From the human T2T-CHM13v2.0 reference genome, Homo sapiens: a stretch of 64,000 bases of DNA. Shown here piece after piece: positions 37,011 through 61,840 of the stretch. Position numbers and translations under genes: made by a program. The number at the start of each line of letters is the position of its first letter. The stretch's first letter is position 1. The notes under the pieces are model-generated. The model was not told where the DNA came from. It made no database searches and saw only the letters and a program-made list of their open reading frames with translations. Where the stretch lies: the NCBI RefSeq assembly GCF_009914755.1, contig NC_060927.1; one strand, 5' to 3'.

Positions 37011-38721
37011 TGAGAGGTGGCAGTGTGCTGGCAGCCCTCGCAGCCCTCGCTCACTCTTGGCTCCTCCTCGGCCTTGGCGCCCACTCTGGCCATGCTTAAG
37101 GAGCCCTTCAGCCTGCCACTGCACTGTGGGAACACTGGCCAAGGCCAGAGCCAGCTCACTCAGCTTGTGGGGAAGTGTGGAGGGAGAGGCGCAGGCGGGA
37201 ACTGGGGCTGCATGCGGCGCTTGTGGGCCAGCGTGAGTTCCGGGTGGTTGTGGGCTTGGCGGGCCCCAGACTCGGAGCGGCTGGCCTGCCCTGCTGGCCC
37301 CAGGCAGTGAGGGGCTTAGCACCCAGGCCAGCAGCTGTGGATGGTGCGCTGAGTCTCCCAGCAGTGCTGGCCCACCCCACCAGCACTGCACTCGATTTCT
37401 CGCCAGGCCTTAGCTGCCTCCCCGCAGGGCAGGCCTTGGGACCTGCAGCCCACCATGCCTGAGTCTCCCCTGCTGCCGCCGTGGGCTCCTGCATGGCCCA
37501 AGCCTCCCCGACGAGCACTGCCCCCTGCTCCCCGGTGCCTGGTCCCATCGACCGCCCAAGGGCTGAGGAGTGCAGGTGCATGGTGCGGGACTGGCAGGCA
37601 GCTCCACCTGCGGCCCCAGTGCAGGAAGCCAGCTGGGCTCCTGAGTCTGGTGGGGACTTGGAGAATTTTTATGTCTAGCTAAGGGATTGTAAATACACCA
37701 ATCAGCACTCTGTATCTAGCTCAAGGATTGTAAATACACCAATCAGCACCCTGTGTCTAGCTCAGGGTTTGTCAATGCACCAATCGGCACTCTGTATCTA
37801 GTTAATCTGGTGGGGAGTTGGAGAATCTTTATGTCTAGCTAAGGGATTGTAAATACACCAATCAGCACTCTGTATCTAGCTCAAGGTTTGTAAACACACC
37901 AATCAGAACCCTGTGTCTAGCTCAGGGTTTGTGAATGCACCAATCAGCACTCTGTATCTAGTTAATCTGGTGGGGACTTGGAGAATCTTTATGTCTAGCT
38001 AAGGGATTGTGAATGCACCAATCGGCACTCTGTATCTAGCTCAAGGTTTGTAAATGGACCAATCAGCACTCTATGTCTAGCTCAGTGTTTGTAAATACAC
38101 CAATCGACACTCTATCTAGCTAATCTAGTGGGGACGTGGAGAACTTTTGTGTCTAACTCAGGGATTGTAAATGCACCAATCAGAACCCTGTCAAAATGGA
38201 CCAATAGCTCTCTGTAAAACAGACTGACTTTCTGTAAAATGGACCAATCAGCAGGATGTGGGTGGGGCCAGATAAGAGAAGAAAAGCAGGCTGCCTGAGC
38301 CAGCAGTGGCAACCCGCTTGGGTCCCCTTCCACACTGTGGAAGCTTTGTTCTTTCGCTCTTTGCAATAAATCTTGCTGCTGCTCACTCTTTGGGTCCACA
38401 CTGCCTTTATGAGCTGTAACACTCACCGCGAAGGTCTGCAGCTTCACTCCTGAAGCCAGCGAGACCACGAACCCACCAGGAGGAACAAACAACTCCAGAT
38501 GCGCTGCCTTAAGAGCTGTAACACCGCGAAGGTCTGCAGCTTCACTCCTGAGCCAGCAAGACCACAAACCCACCAGAAGGAAGAAACTCAGGAAAACAGC
38601 CGAACATCAGAAGGAATAAACTCTGGACACACCACCTTTAAGAACTGTGACACTCGCTGCGAGCGTCTGTGGCTTCATTCTTGAAGTCAGTGAGACCAAG
38701 AACCCACCAATTCTGGACACA
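37011..38721 (+). mobile_element. LTR12 3' LTR, full length (1711 bp), with tandem CCAAT/GATA enhancer repeats
   Basis: Follows PPT AGAGGGGGGAT; TGAGAGG...GACACA termini; GC-rich 5' U3; ~40-bp repeats at 37650-38190; AATAAA at 38365-38370. Confidence 0.95.
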
Positions 38722-39026
38722 ATTGCACTCTAGCCTGGGCAACAAGAGTGAAACTCCATCTCGAAAAAAAAAAAAAAAGAGTCTGGAAGGGCCCTTCTGA
38801 GTTGTAATATTATGAACTTAAATTTTGAGGTCCTGAAGTTTTGTTGCAGTGTGAATGATAAGAGTAGTCTTTTTTTGATATCATCTGTAGAAGACCCAAT
38901 TTTGGGGTTTCAGATTAGGAAGGGTTTGATGGTTTTTAGTGGACTATGAAAAGGTTTTTTTTGGTGAAAATATATTTTGGTATAATGTACTAAAGTCTTG
39001 TAGTATTTAGTCATAATAGAGTTTAA

Positions 39027-39247
<221 letters not shown>

Positions 39248-40056
39248 TAGTAGAAACGGGGTTTCACCGTGTTAGCCAGGATGGTCTGGATCTCCTGACC
39301 TCATGATCTGCCCACCTTGGCCTCCCAAAGTGCTGGGATTACAGGTGTGACCCACTGCTCCCAGTCATGAAATTTTATTATTAGGAACATGGGCCTTTTA
39401 GTTACTGTTGTTTACGGGGCCATTCATTTTTTATTTTTTTTGAGACAGGGTTACATTCTGTCACTCAGGCTGGAGTGCAGTGGCGCAACATAGCTGACTG
39501 CTCAAACAATCCTGCCTCAGCCTCCCAAGTAGCTGGGACACGAAACCATGCCCAGCTATTTAAAAATTTTTTTTGTAGTGATGGGGTCTCACTATGTTGT
39601 CCAAGGTGCTCTCAAACTCCTGATCTCAAGTGATCCTCTCACCTTGGCTTCTCAAAGTGATATGATTATAGACATAAGCCACTGTGCATGGCCATACATT
39701 TTTTAAATAAAAGGGTTTTAAAATAGTTAAATGTCAGAAAGGTGTATTTTGGAGACTGGTTTGGTTTAATAGGTGGTGTTTTTAACTTCGTTATTGTTTT
39801 TTAGCTAAAATTATTGAGTTTAGAGTGGAAAGGAATAGGGCAAATAAAGTATTCTCTATGTCTGGTCTAAATATGGATAGGTCTGAAAAAAAGGGAAGTC
39901 TACTTTATCTGAGGGCCTATCTTTTATGAATATTTTATTTAGGATAGTTTGTTTTTTTTTTTGTTGTTGTTCTTTGTTTTTGTTCTCTTGCCTTTGGAGT
40001 GGGATAGTTACTAAGTCAAAAAGGTTAGTAGATTTAATTTTTTTTTTTTTTTTTGA

Positions 40057-40218
<162 letters not shown>

Positions 40219-40933
40219 TAGTAGACATGGGGTTTCACCATGTTGGCCAGGATGGTCTCAATCTCCAGGATGATCCTCCTGCCTCAGCCTTCCAAAATGC
40301 TGGGATTACATGCATAAACCACTGCACCTGGCCAAAAGATAACATCTTAACATATGTTTCTGGGTTGTTTTCAGAAATCCAGATCCCCACCAAATGGAAA
40401 ATGCTGTCCACTGGCACCTAGACCTCAGATATGGGGGAATTGAGAACTGAATCATGACCACTATTTTTTTTTTTTTTTTTTTGAGACAGAGTCTCACTCT
40501 GTTGCCCAGGCTGGAGTGCAGTCATGTGATCAAGGCTCACTGCAGCCTTACTCTTCGGGGCTCAGAAGATAATCACAGCTCAGGCTCCCTTAGCTGGGAC
40601 TAACAGGTGTGCAACACCATGACTGGCTGAATTTTTTGTGTATTTTTTGTGGAGACAGAGTTTTGCCATGTTGCCCAGGCTGGCTGACTGCCATTCTTTG
40701 TTCTGAATTTCTTCTTGAGGAGCCTGGAGGAAGTCATGCTCATAGGCAGTTACTGGTGGAAGAGATCCAAGATGCCCAAAGTTACTGGTGGCATATCCTT
40801 GTGGGTCCATAGCAAGTTCAGTCCTTGCCTCCTCAGAAGAAAAAATTCGACTGAGGGGCATAAGGCAGAAAAAGAGACCAGGGCAAGTTCCAGAGCAGGA
40901 ATAGAAGTTTATTTAAAAAGGCCTTAGAGGTCA

Positions 40934-41233
<300 letters not shown>

Positions 41234-41288
41234 TTAGAACAGGAAAGAAAGGAAGGTGCACTTGGAAAAGATCCAAGCAGGGATGTGA

Positions 41289-41567
<279 letters not shown>

Positions 41568-43776
41568 TGATCCGCCCGCCTCAGCCTCCCAAAGTGCCGC
41601 GATTACAGGCATGAGCCACCGCACCTAGCCGATCCTAGGACTTTTACAACCTCGCCTCTTTCCCATGATTCTTCCCTTAGGATGAGCTGCCCACATGCGC
41701 AGAACCCTCCTTACCCTTGGGAAGTGAGCACACACAGTGTATTTAGGGAGTTATACACATGCCTATCTGAGGCTTTCTTCCTTTATCTGGTGGAGTGTAC
41801 CCAGAAGATCATACTTTGCCATTTCTGTCTCTTAATATGCATGCCCAGGAAGCTGTTTCTTGCTGGGGCCTGCATTCAATTCACATTTTGATATTAACAG
41901 GTGTAGACCATCAGGAAACGGCCTCTCCCTGGTGCTGCCAAATTATCACTTTTAGAGAGGCAATGAGATAATTGCTGAAACATCACCAGACATTTATAGT
42001 GGGTAGGGGGAGAGCCCTCCCCTGCCCAGCTGATGCCTAATTACTGATGCAGCATTTTTTGCTTCTTAGCTCAGCTAAATCTGGGTTCTTGTCTCAGGAT
42101 CAGGAAGAATTAGGCACACAGATGCACTGAAGGGTGGGGAGGATGGAATTTATTAAGCAAAAGGGGAGCTCTCAGCAAAGAGAGGAGTCCCGTCAGCAGG
42201 CTCCCACCTCAAAGATTGAATACCAGGCCACCACACATGAGCTGAAGAGGTTAGCCTCCTCTCCTGCATAAGGCATGAATTTCTTGTGGCTCCAACCCAA
42301 TCCCCCAGTGGATGTGGGCCTCCAGTCTACTGTGGGCATGATCAGGCAAGACCCTGTGCATGTTCCCTTATCTGCACAAAAACATCTGGTATAAATGCTT
42401 GTGGGGTGTATTATAGATTCTCTGGGGCCAGAAAGTGACATTCTTATTCACCACAAGTTAGGAACCCTGTGTGGGGACAGTGTAGACATGGTATGAGGCC
42501 AGTTTTCCCAAGGGGCTTTAATCGGCTCTGCAAGTCAAGCTTGATTCCTTAAAGGGAAGCACACGCTTCCAGTCAAAGCCTTGGTAAAACAACCAGTTTC
42601 TCCAATTGTGTTCTCTTGCAAAAGAAAATGCATTCTTTTTGCACTAATGCAAATAACCATACTGCCATAAGTTAAGAATACTTACAACTAGTTTCCAAAT
42701 TTTAGAGAAGCCAGGCAGAGAGAAAAAAATAGGCTCCAAATTTTGTTCACAGGAGTTAACTTACTCGATTATTAAAGGCTATAAATAGCCCAAAATAAGT
42801 TTCCTTGACTCTGAAAAACAAAACAAGGATCAGCAATGTTTTAAGCAAAAGTAAACAAACAAACAAAAAGATTACTTCAGTTTTCTGTTTGTTCAATTCA
42901 GTCCATTAACTCTTATTCTGCTTGATATTCATAAACATTTCAACTCTTCATAAGTTCTGTACATTTTTCCTTTATTCCAGTGTCACAATCTCCAAAGTTA
43001 TCAGAAATCTGCATTTTAGAGCACCAAAGTTCTATAGCTGATTATAAACCATCTTTTGAAAAGGATCAAAACAAGACAAGAATTGTCTGTGAATAACAAG
43101 ATGTCCAGGGTAGTTACAGTTAAAAATATGATTGGCAGAGAAATTTGGTTATCTCTGTGGTTTACAATAACTCAACATAATAACCTTAATTATGATTGAG
43201 AGCATAAACTCAGAACTCAGATGTTAGAATTTTAGGCATCCCATAAAATTTTGGAACATTTATTAATATTCTTCTCTAAAATATAACCTGAAGAAGATTA
43301 AACATCATTTTGGCAATCCCACATATCTAAACATGTCAAATAATCCTGTTTACCTCTCTTCTGGATGCTTCAGGGGCCCTCCGTAGCATCCAAAAGCTAG
43401 GGGCCAGGAAAGAAAATTTCAAAACTGATTTTGGGAAACCTGTTTAATAAGTTAGAGGTTTAAAACACTTGAAATTATAAAATGCAATTCTAGATTACCA
43501 AGTTATTTATTTTACCAAAATGATGACTCAAACTCTTTTCTTTTTTCTTTTTTTTTTTTTGAGACGGCATCTTCCTCTGTCACCCAGCCTGGAGTACGGT
43601 AGTGTGATCTTGGCTCACCACAACCTCCACCTCCTGGGTTCAAGTGATTCTCCTGCCTCAGCCTCCTGAGTAGCTGGGATTACAGGCGCGTGCCACCATG
43701 CCTGGCTAATTTTTGTATTTTTAGTAGAGACGGGGTTTCACTATGTTAGGCTTGTCTCGAACACCTGACCTTGTGA

Positions 43777-44142
<366 letters not shown>

Positions 44143-45157
44143 TGACTCAACCATTTTTTAAAAGGCAAAAAACTTCACTTATTAAGCGTGAAGACTTAGC
44201 TTTCCAAACAATTTGTCTCCTGTCTTCTCTTTCTCTTTCTTGGCAGCCTATCCACAAGGGAAACTAAAATCTTTCCTTATCCTTCATTATTACATGAGAA
44301 TCTTGTACAAGGGAGAGAAAGCCAAATTTTACCCTTCCATTAGCTTACTATTAATGTCAACCCCAATTTTCTAATGAAACTTTATAGACAATTCTATCCA
44401 ATCTTAACTGGTTGGACCATGAGGTGAGATTCTTATAATCCTTTTATAACCCTTTACAAATTTTGCTAAAAAGCAAATTAGTGCCTTAAGAAAAACTTGT
44501 GCTTTTATTTTAATGCTCAATTTACAGAAAACCCAATATAAGACCGTTTTGAATTTAGTTAGTGTTAACACATAGAATTTCTTTTGCAAGATTAATTTTT
44601 AGAAACCTTCCACAACTTGTTAAACCTTTAGCTTTTTCTTATCTAGTTTAAAACAATTCTTTAACCCTAGGCCAAAATTTACACTTCCATGCCTTCTTAT
44701 AAACTTTTACTAAAATCACATTTCACTGTTTTTACACACCTTGCATATAAATCCATTTTCAGTGGTCTCAGTTACATGATTTAATGGTAACTCTTAGCAA
44801 TTTTTAACTGTAATGTAAAATCCAGTGAGCTGTTTTAATTATGCACTAGCATCAACAAAGTTTGACTCCTTCCTGCATAGTTAAGGGCGTGATTAATTCC
44901 ATATGTACCTAGGCCTTAGCAATTGTAAAGCAGGCAAATCAAACAGTTCTCGAAAGCCAAAGAAGCAGTTTATAACCTTAAAACATGTAGCAAACCTAGT
45001 ATCTGATCTGCAGAATTTAGATCACCTATTTACATTTTGATGACAGTTGCATTTTACCAGTAATCTTTAAGACTGTTTTTATTTCTCAAAGATTAAAGTC
45101 ATGTGAAGTAAAAACCTTCACAGCTTTTACTTCTCCTTCAAAAAAAATTTTATTTAA

Positions 45158-45385
<228 letters not shown>

Positions 45386-45402
45386 TAGCCAGGATGGTCT
45401 TA

Positions 45403-45685
<283 letters not shown>

Positions 45686-46683
45686 TAGTAGAGATGGGGT
45701 TTCACCATGTTAGCCAGGATGGTCTTGATCTCCTGGCCTCATGAACCGCCCACCTCAGCCTCCCAAAGTCCTGGGATTACAGGCATGAGCCACCATGCCT
45801 GACCATAAGTGCTTATTTTTCTTTAGGCCAATTAACTAGTTCTTTTTTTTTTCCTTCTTCTTTTTTGAGACAGAGTCTTGCTCTTGTTGCCCAGGCTGGA
45901 GTGCAATAGCGTGATCTTGGCTAACTGCAACCTCCACCTCCTGGGTTCTAGTGATTCTCCAGCCTCAGCCTCCTGAGTAGCTAGGATTACAGGTGCCCAC
46001 CACCACACCCAGCTACGTTTTGTATTTTTAGTAGAGATGGGGTTTCACCATGTTGGCCAGGCTGGTCTCAAACTCCTGATCTCAGGTGTTCCACTCACCT
46101 CAGCTTTCCAAAGTACTGGGATTACAGGCATGAGCCACTGGGCCCAGCCTAGGGCTCTTTTATGTAAACTTCACACACATATAACACATACATAACTACA
46201 CAAACAGACAGTAAAAGATCCAGTAATTGTAAGATTTTTTATTTGCCATTCTCCTAATTGGATTATTGGCCTCAGGGTGGAGCCTTTTAAGAGATAGTCT
46301 AGGAAACCATGCAGTTTCTAAGGCTTAATAATCAGGTATAGCTGGAAGACAAAAAATAGATTTTGAGAGGGACCTATCAACTTCTAATTCCTGGAGTTCC
46401 ATGAGGAAAACAGAGGTTTCACCCAAAATGGAATCAGTGGCGCCTTTTCTGTTTTTCCCAAGAAGTCCCAGGCCATCTGAAATTATAACTTAGGGCCTCT
46501 CATGCATGCATTAAGAGTGCCAAGACAAAATGGAGAAAAAGAATTCAATCGACTGAGAAGAAAAAAAAACTTTTTCTAGAAAAACAAGATCCAGAAAGAG
46601 AAAAACATAAAGCCCTTTTAAATGTACCTATAGCTTGGATATCCACTTTTAATTAAGCTAAGCACTTTTTAAGAAAATCCTTT

Positions 46684-48555
46684 TGAGGACTAAACTCTGA
46701 TTTTTTTTATCTTGCCCAAATTCCTATCTAATGAGTCTGGGGAGTCATGCCCTACAAATAATAAATTCTCATCAGATGGGTTTTATTTGACTGTATATAT
46801 TGTTACTTGCTTTCCAACCTGACTCTGGCATAACATTATGAGACAAGGAAGAAAATCAAAATATTTTACCCAAAACATGTTTCTTTGCTATATCGTGAAA
46901 TGGCCCTGCAAAGCTGTGCTTTGTGGGGGAAATTTTGCATCTGTAAAGAATCTCTATTAACATAGCTAGATCTTTTATTCCAGGCCCTCCCAATCCTAAA
47001 GAAATTAACTAAAAGTCTAGCACCTTTTAAAGATCTAAATAGGAAATAATTTGTCATCTATTATCTCTAACCAGCAGCCACTATAAGACTTCAAAAGAAC
47101 CTTTTGTTTGTTTGTTTGTTTTTCGAGAAGAGTTTCACTCTTGTTGCCCAAGCTGGAGTGCAATGGTGCGATGGTGCAATCTTGGCTCATTGAAACCTCC
47201 GCTTCCTGGGTTCAAGTGATTTGTCTCATGTGTCCGTGTGAAGAGACCACCAAACAGGCTTTGTGTGAGCAACATGGCTGTTTATTTCACCTGGGTGCAG
47301 GCGAGCTGAGTCTGAAAAAGGAGTCAGCAAAGGGTGGTGGGATTATCATTGGTTCTTATAGGTTTTGGGATAGGCGGTGGAGTTAAGAGCAATGTTTTGG
47401 GGGCAGGGGGTGGATCTCACAAAGTACATTCTCAAGGGTGGGGAGAATTATAAAGAAACTTCTTAAGGATGGGGGAGATTATAAAGAACCTTCTTAAGGG
47501 TGGGGGAGATTACAAAGTTCATTGATCAGTTAGGGTGGGGCAGAAACAAATCACAATGGTAGAATGTCATCAGTTAAGGCTATTTTCACTTCTGTGGATC
47601 TTCAGTTGCTTCAGGCCATCTGGATGTATATGTGCGGTGACTGGGGATATGATGGCTTAGCTTGGGCTCAGAGGCCTGACATGATTCTCTTGCCTCAGCC
47701 TCCCGAGTAGCTGGGATTACAAGCGTGCATCACACGTCTGGCTAATTTTTTGTACTTTTAGTGAAAACAGGGTTTCACCATGTTAGCCAGGCTGGTCCTG
47801 AACTCCTGACCTCAGGTGATCTGCCCGCCTTGGTCTCCCAAACTGCTGGGATTAGAGGTGTGAGCCATTGCGCCTCAGCCTCAGCTTTTTTATCTTTTTA
47901 ACCTTTAAAAAAGATAAAAATATTTTATCTTTTTTTTTTTTTTGGAGATGGAGTCTCGCTCTGTTGCCCAGGCGGAAGTGCAGTGGCACAATCTCGGCTC
48001 ACTGCAACCTCCACCTCCCGGGTTTGAGCAGTTCTCCTTGCCTCAGCCTCCTGAATAGCTGGGATTACAGGCACATGCCACCACGCCCAGCTAATTTTTG
48101 TATTTTTAGTAGAGATGGGTTTCACCATGTTGGCCAGGCTGCTCTTGAACTCCTGAACCTCAGGTGATCCACCTGCCTTGGCCTCCCAAAGTGCTGGGAT
48201 TACAGGCAGGCAGCCACAGTCTTTTATCTTACCCTGAACATTTCCTGTCTATGATCCCAGGTCTTTAGATAAACTCAACCAATTGTCAACCAGAAAAATG
48301 TCTAAATTTACCTATAGCTTGGAAGCCCCTGCTTTGAATTGTCCCACCCTTCTAGTCCAAACCAATGTATTTCTTAAATGTATTTGATTGATGTCTCATG
48401 CCTCCCTAAAATGTGTAAAACCAAGCTGCGCCCTGACCACCTTAGGCACATGTTCTCAGGACCTCCTGTGGATGGTGTCACAGGCCATGGTCATTCATAT
48501 TTGGCTCACAATAAATCTCTTCTAATATTTTACAGTTTGACTCTTTCCATTGACA
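46684..48555 (+). mobile_element. MER4E-like solo LTR containing Alus and LTR7B
   Basis: TGAGGACTAA...TTGACA termini with TSD CTTT at 46680-46683 and 48556-48559; AATAAA at ~48510. Confidence 0.8.
47222..47681 (-). mobile_element. HERV-H solo LTR (LTR7B-like), 460 bp, inserted in an Alu
   Basis: Minus strand starts TGTCAGGCCTCTGAGCCCAAGCTAAGCC; type-II U3 repeats (CCTTAAGAAGGTTCTTT...); 5-bp TSD TGATT at 47217-47221 and 47682-47686. Confidence 0.92.
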
Positions 48556-50146
48556 CTTTTACTACCCTTGTTATGCGACTTTAGCCATGCCAAGCGGCCA
48601 ATATTTCTGGCATTTGAACTTTACCAAAATTAACCTCACCGGTGAAATCCACAAAACTCAATTAAGTTTATGACTTTATCACCAGTGTATGAGGTATTTT
48701 CAAAGAGGTAGTAAGCAGTTTTTACAAAATCTAGAAATTTTAAAGGTAGCTCAGAGAAAGGAAGTTTCAAGAAAGGAAGCTATAAGTTGTTCATGAAGCG
48801 GAAGAGAATCAGCAAATGGTAAAAGTCACACAGATATTAACCAGAAAGTATTCATCCCCTAAGCCAAGACTGAACCCAGGCCACCATTGTAGAATGCCAG
48901 AGACCAAAACAAACTACTGCCACATGGCTCTAGGTCACCCTCACAAGGACACAAAACAAGATAGAGGCCTACAGCAAGGTTTGTTACTGCCAGTTTGCTG
49001 GGCTGACTTGAACAGCAGGCTTATGGGGTCCTGGGCCCACATCCTATTCTAAGGTGCTCCTCTTTTTGACAGAACCAAACAGAAAGACATGCAAAACACA
49101 CCAGGTTGGCTACAGCTTGACACCAACCTCATAAGTCCTTTTTTGTTAATCAAAACTTCAGAGAATATAAACCATGATCCTTACCTTTCCTTTTACCAGT
49201 TTGCATGGGGAGAGGGAGGCCACAAGTCCAACAGGTAAAAAAAAACTTGTACCCTTTTTCCGGCATGTCAGGCTTCTGGGTTCCCTTCCCCTAGGCTCAA
49301 TTCTGAGCCAACCAGTTTAAGGTTTGGGAAATTAACTTTTCCAAGTGTGAAGGATGCATCCCAGGGGAGTGTCCTATAGTACGGGGACGTGATTACCCAT
49401 CTGTGAAGAGAGGACTGAGGGGGAAAAAGGGAAAAGAAGGCATTGTTTTTAAAGGAGCCCAGGACTCAGGATGCATTCAAAAGGGGCACAGACTGAAGAT
49501 GAATGGCTACTCATCTAGAATGAGAGGAGCAAGCGTCCCTTATTCTTTTCTCTTCCTAGACAATATCCAGCTTATGTGAGGGAGAGAAGGAAGAGGCTTT
49601 CATTTTCTTTCTTCTGTCCTTATATCCCTGAGTCCTGGCGACCACAACAGGGTGCAACCCATGGGTGTCAATGTGGCTTTTCACCCATGTTAACAGAGGG
49701 GCTGGGGGTGGGATTATCCACTCTTACCCACATACTGCCTTTCTCCCTGCTGTCAGTAGCCTTCAGGTTCCCTATATCTCATTTATGCCATGGATACTAG
49801 CATGACCTCTATCCTTGAAATGGGAGTCTTGGTTTAATCGGCAAGAATTAATCATGCTCATGTGAGCTGTCCCTTTTAACTTCTGTTGTCTTATGCCTCT
49901 GGATCCCTCAGATCCAGTTTTCTTTCCTAGAGCTTCAACCCAAAGCTTGGAATTTAGGTTGGGACAAAAATTTGTCTCAGCAGGGTGCACGGACTCATTA
50001 AGTCCCAGGTGAAGCTGTGGAACTGGGTCCTCTTCCAACAAGGAGAGAAAAGGGAGTCTTGTGAATTGGAGTCCCAGCCTAGTAAAACGCCTTTCAAGAA
50101 AAAGCCTCTGGCACAGAGAAGCCCCTGTACTCGCAGGGATGGGTTA

Positions 50147-50226
50147 TTAAGTTAGTGCAAAAGCAAGTGCAGTCCCCACCATTCTAAGTAATGTCAAAAA
50201 CCACAACTACCTTTGCACCAACACAC
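50147..50226. mobile_element. MADE1 (Hsmar1 mariner MITE), degenerate
   Basis: ~80-bp imperfect palindrome TTAAGTTAGTGCAAAAG...CCTTTGCACCAAC after a TA dinucleotide. Confidence 0.75.
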
Positions 50227-50349
50227 CAACTCCTGATATGGTGGAGAAAAGAAAAAGAAACAGCTTAAGTGTAGGGCGGGGAAATGCCTGGGGAAGAAAC
50301 CTCTTATTCGTATGCAAATGGTTTCTCCAACAGGGAGATAAACTTTTAA

Positions 50350-50869
<520 letters not shown>

Positions 50870-52528
50870 TAAAACAAAGATAGGTGCCATTATAATCCTG
50901 AAAAAAAGAAGAAAAATCCCAGAGAAAAGACTGGATTAGACTGAGGCCAACATTCCCAACCCCCAAGAGTGACAGTGGTGGGGGCCGTTTCTTCTGCTTT
51001 TAGAAAAAGTCTGAGGAAAAGAAGGCTCGGAAACAAAAGGGAAAGAGATTTTTGAGTCCACATTATACTCACCCTTCCTCTTGTCCCCTTATGGGTCAAT
51101 GAAATGATGGAGGATTGTTTGCTCCTTAGCTCAACTAAATCTGGGTTCTTGTCTCATGACCACGAAGAATTAGGCACACAGACACATTGAAGGGTGAGGA
51201 GGATGGAATTTATAATACAAAAGGGGAGCTCTCGGCCAGGCACGGTGGCTCAGGCCTGTAATCCTAGCACTTTGGGAGACCAAGGAAGGTGGATCAACTG
51301 ATGTTGGGAGTTTGAGACCAGCCTGACCAACATGGAAAAATCCCATCTCTACTAAAAATACAAAATTAGCTGGGCGTGATGGTCCATACCTGTAATCCCA
51401 GCTATTCGGGAGGCTGAGGCAGAAGAATCCTTGAACCCGGGAGGTGGAGGTTGCGTGGAGCCAAGATCGTGCCATTGCACTCCAGCCTGGGCAACAAGAG
51501 AGAAACTCCGTCTCAAAAAAAAAGGAGGGGGGCAGCTATCAGCAAAGAGAGTGGTCCTGCCAGCAGCCTCCCACCTCACAGATTGAATACCAGGCCACCA
51601 CACACGAGCTGAAGAAGCCAGGCTCCCTCCCCTGCATAAGGCGTGAATTTCTGGTGGCTCCATCCCATTCCCCCAGTTCATGTAGGCTACAGTCCATTGC
51701 GGGCATGCCCAGGCAAGACCCTGTGCATGTTCCCTTATCTGCAAAAAAACTTCTGATGTAAATACTTGGTAGGGGGGAAGGGTGGAGATTCTCCAGGGAC
51801 CCTTCCTTATCTGCCTAGGCATTTGTCTGCCTCCTGCCTCTATCACTATCTGTAACAAGGCCAGAGCTCTACATTCTTTTCTGTTGATCCCAAGTTTTTA
51901 AACAAACAATATCCAGTTGCAAACCAGAAAATCTTTGAATCTACCTATGACCTGTGGGCCCCCACTCTGAGGTTTCCTGCCTATTTAGTCCAAACTAATG
52001 TATAGACTCCATGTATTGATGTATGACTTTGCCTGTAACCTCTGTCTCCCCACCTCTAAAAACTCGTACATGTCAGCCATGAGAGGGTTCAGATCTGAAG
52101 CATGACCTGCCCCATTCTCCTTGGTAGGTGCCTTGCAATAAATGCCTCACTTTCTCTTGCTGCAAATCCCAATGTCAGTATTTGGCTTTCCTGTGCTGGG
52201 CAGGCCGACCCAAGTTTGGTTGACAACAATCTGAAGCCTCCAAATAGATCCAAGCCAGTTAATTATGAGAGCAAATCAGACCCTGGACCCAGTCTAGTTT
52301 CTACTGTGACTTCCAAATCCAGTTCAGATAAAACATTTGCTCAAAGAAACTTGGAAAGCTTAAAACACAAATCCATGGAGCTTCAGAATCTAACAGAGAA
52401 CTTACCAATGATCCCAGTTGCTGCAAGAGAGTAATGGACATAATGGCCTGGTGGATTTCTCACTTGGTCACTTGATGTTCCTGAGGACTGCTATAAGTTG
52501 TACTTCAGATTCCACTTTTGATGCCATT

Positions 52529-54150
<1,622 letters not shown>

Positions 54151-54539
54151 GAAGAAGAACTTTGAACCCAAAATTTTGTGCTTCATTCCCATTTTTCTAA
54201 GGGTTAAATAAAGGCATCTTCAGGCACACAAAGCATCAAAAGGTTTACCAAGAAAGATTACCTTTGAAATAATCAGAGGAAGTCCTTCAACAATGAGATA
54301 AATCCAGGGGCCACCCTGATATGTAGAAAAGAAGGATAAATACATAAACCAGTAAATATTTCTGTTTTGTAAATAGGATGTATCTATGAATTATATCTAT
54401 AACAATTTAGAAAAAAAATTCTAGTCAAGACATAAAGGGAAAGAAAAGGCCCAAAATGGGTAAACACATGCTAAGATATTCTCACTTGCAAAAATCTACA
54501 TCTATTGGCATATCCAGTGTTTTGTTCTGGTTTTAAATT

Positions 54540-54772
54540 TATTTTTATTTATTGAGATAAAATTTGCATATCAGAAATTTGCCATTTTAATCATTTTAAA
54601 ATGCATGAGTAATTGTTTTTATTTTATTTGTAATACCATGCACCTAATTCCAGAATATTTCCAACACCTGAAAAAGAACTCCCACCTCTCTCCATTTACT
54701 TGCAAACACTAATACAATTCACATGTTTATGGATTTGAATGTTCTGGATATTTCATATAAATAGAATCATGC
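54540..54772 (-). mobile_element. L1M 3' UTR fragment, cut by the MER65 LTR
   Basis: Reverse L1M terminal motifs (ttctggatatttcatataaatagaatcat). Confidence 0.65.

Positions 54773-61840
<7,068 letters not shown>

Noticed and set aside
36879-37682. GC-rich block and ORFs suggesting a second gene promoter
   Set aside because: This is the standard GC-rich U3 of LTR12.
37650-38190. Regularly spaced ~40-bp repeats resembling a CRISPR array
   Set aside because: Tandem LTR12 U3 enhancer units with no unique spacers, no cas genes and a eukaryotic context.
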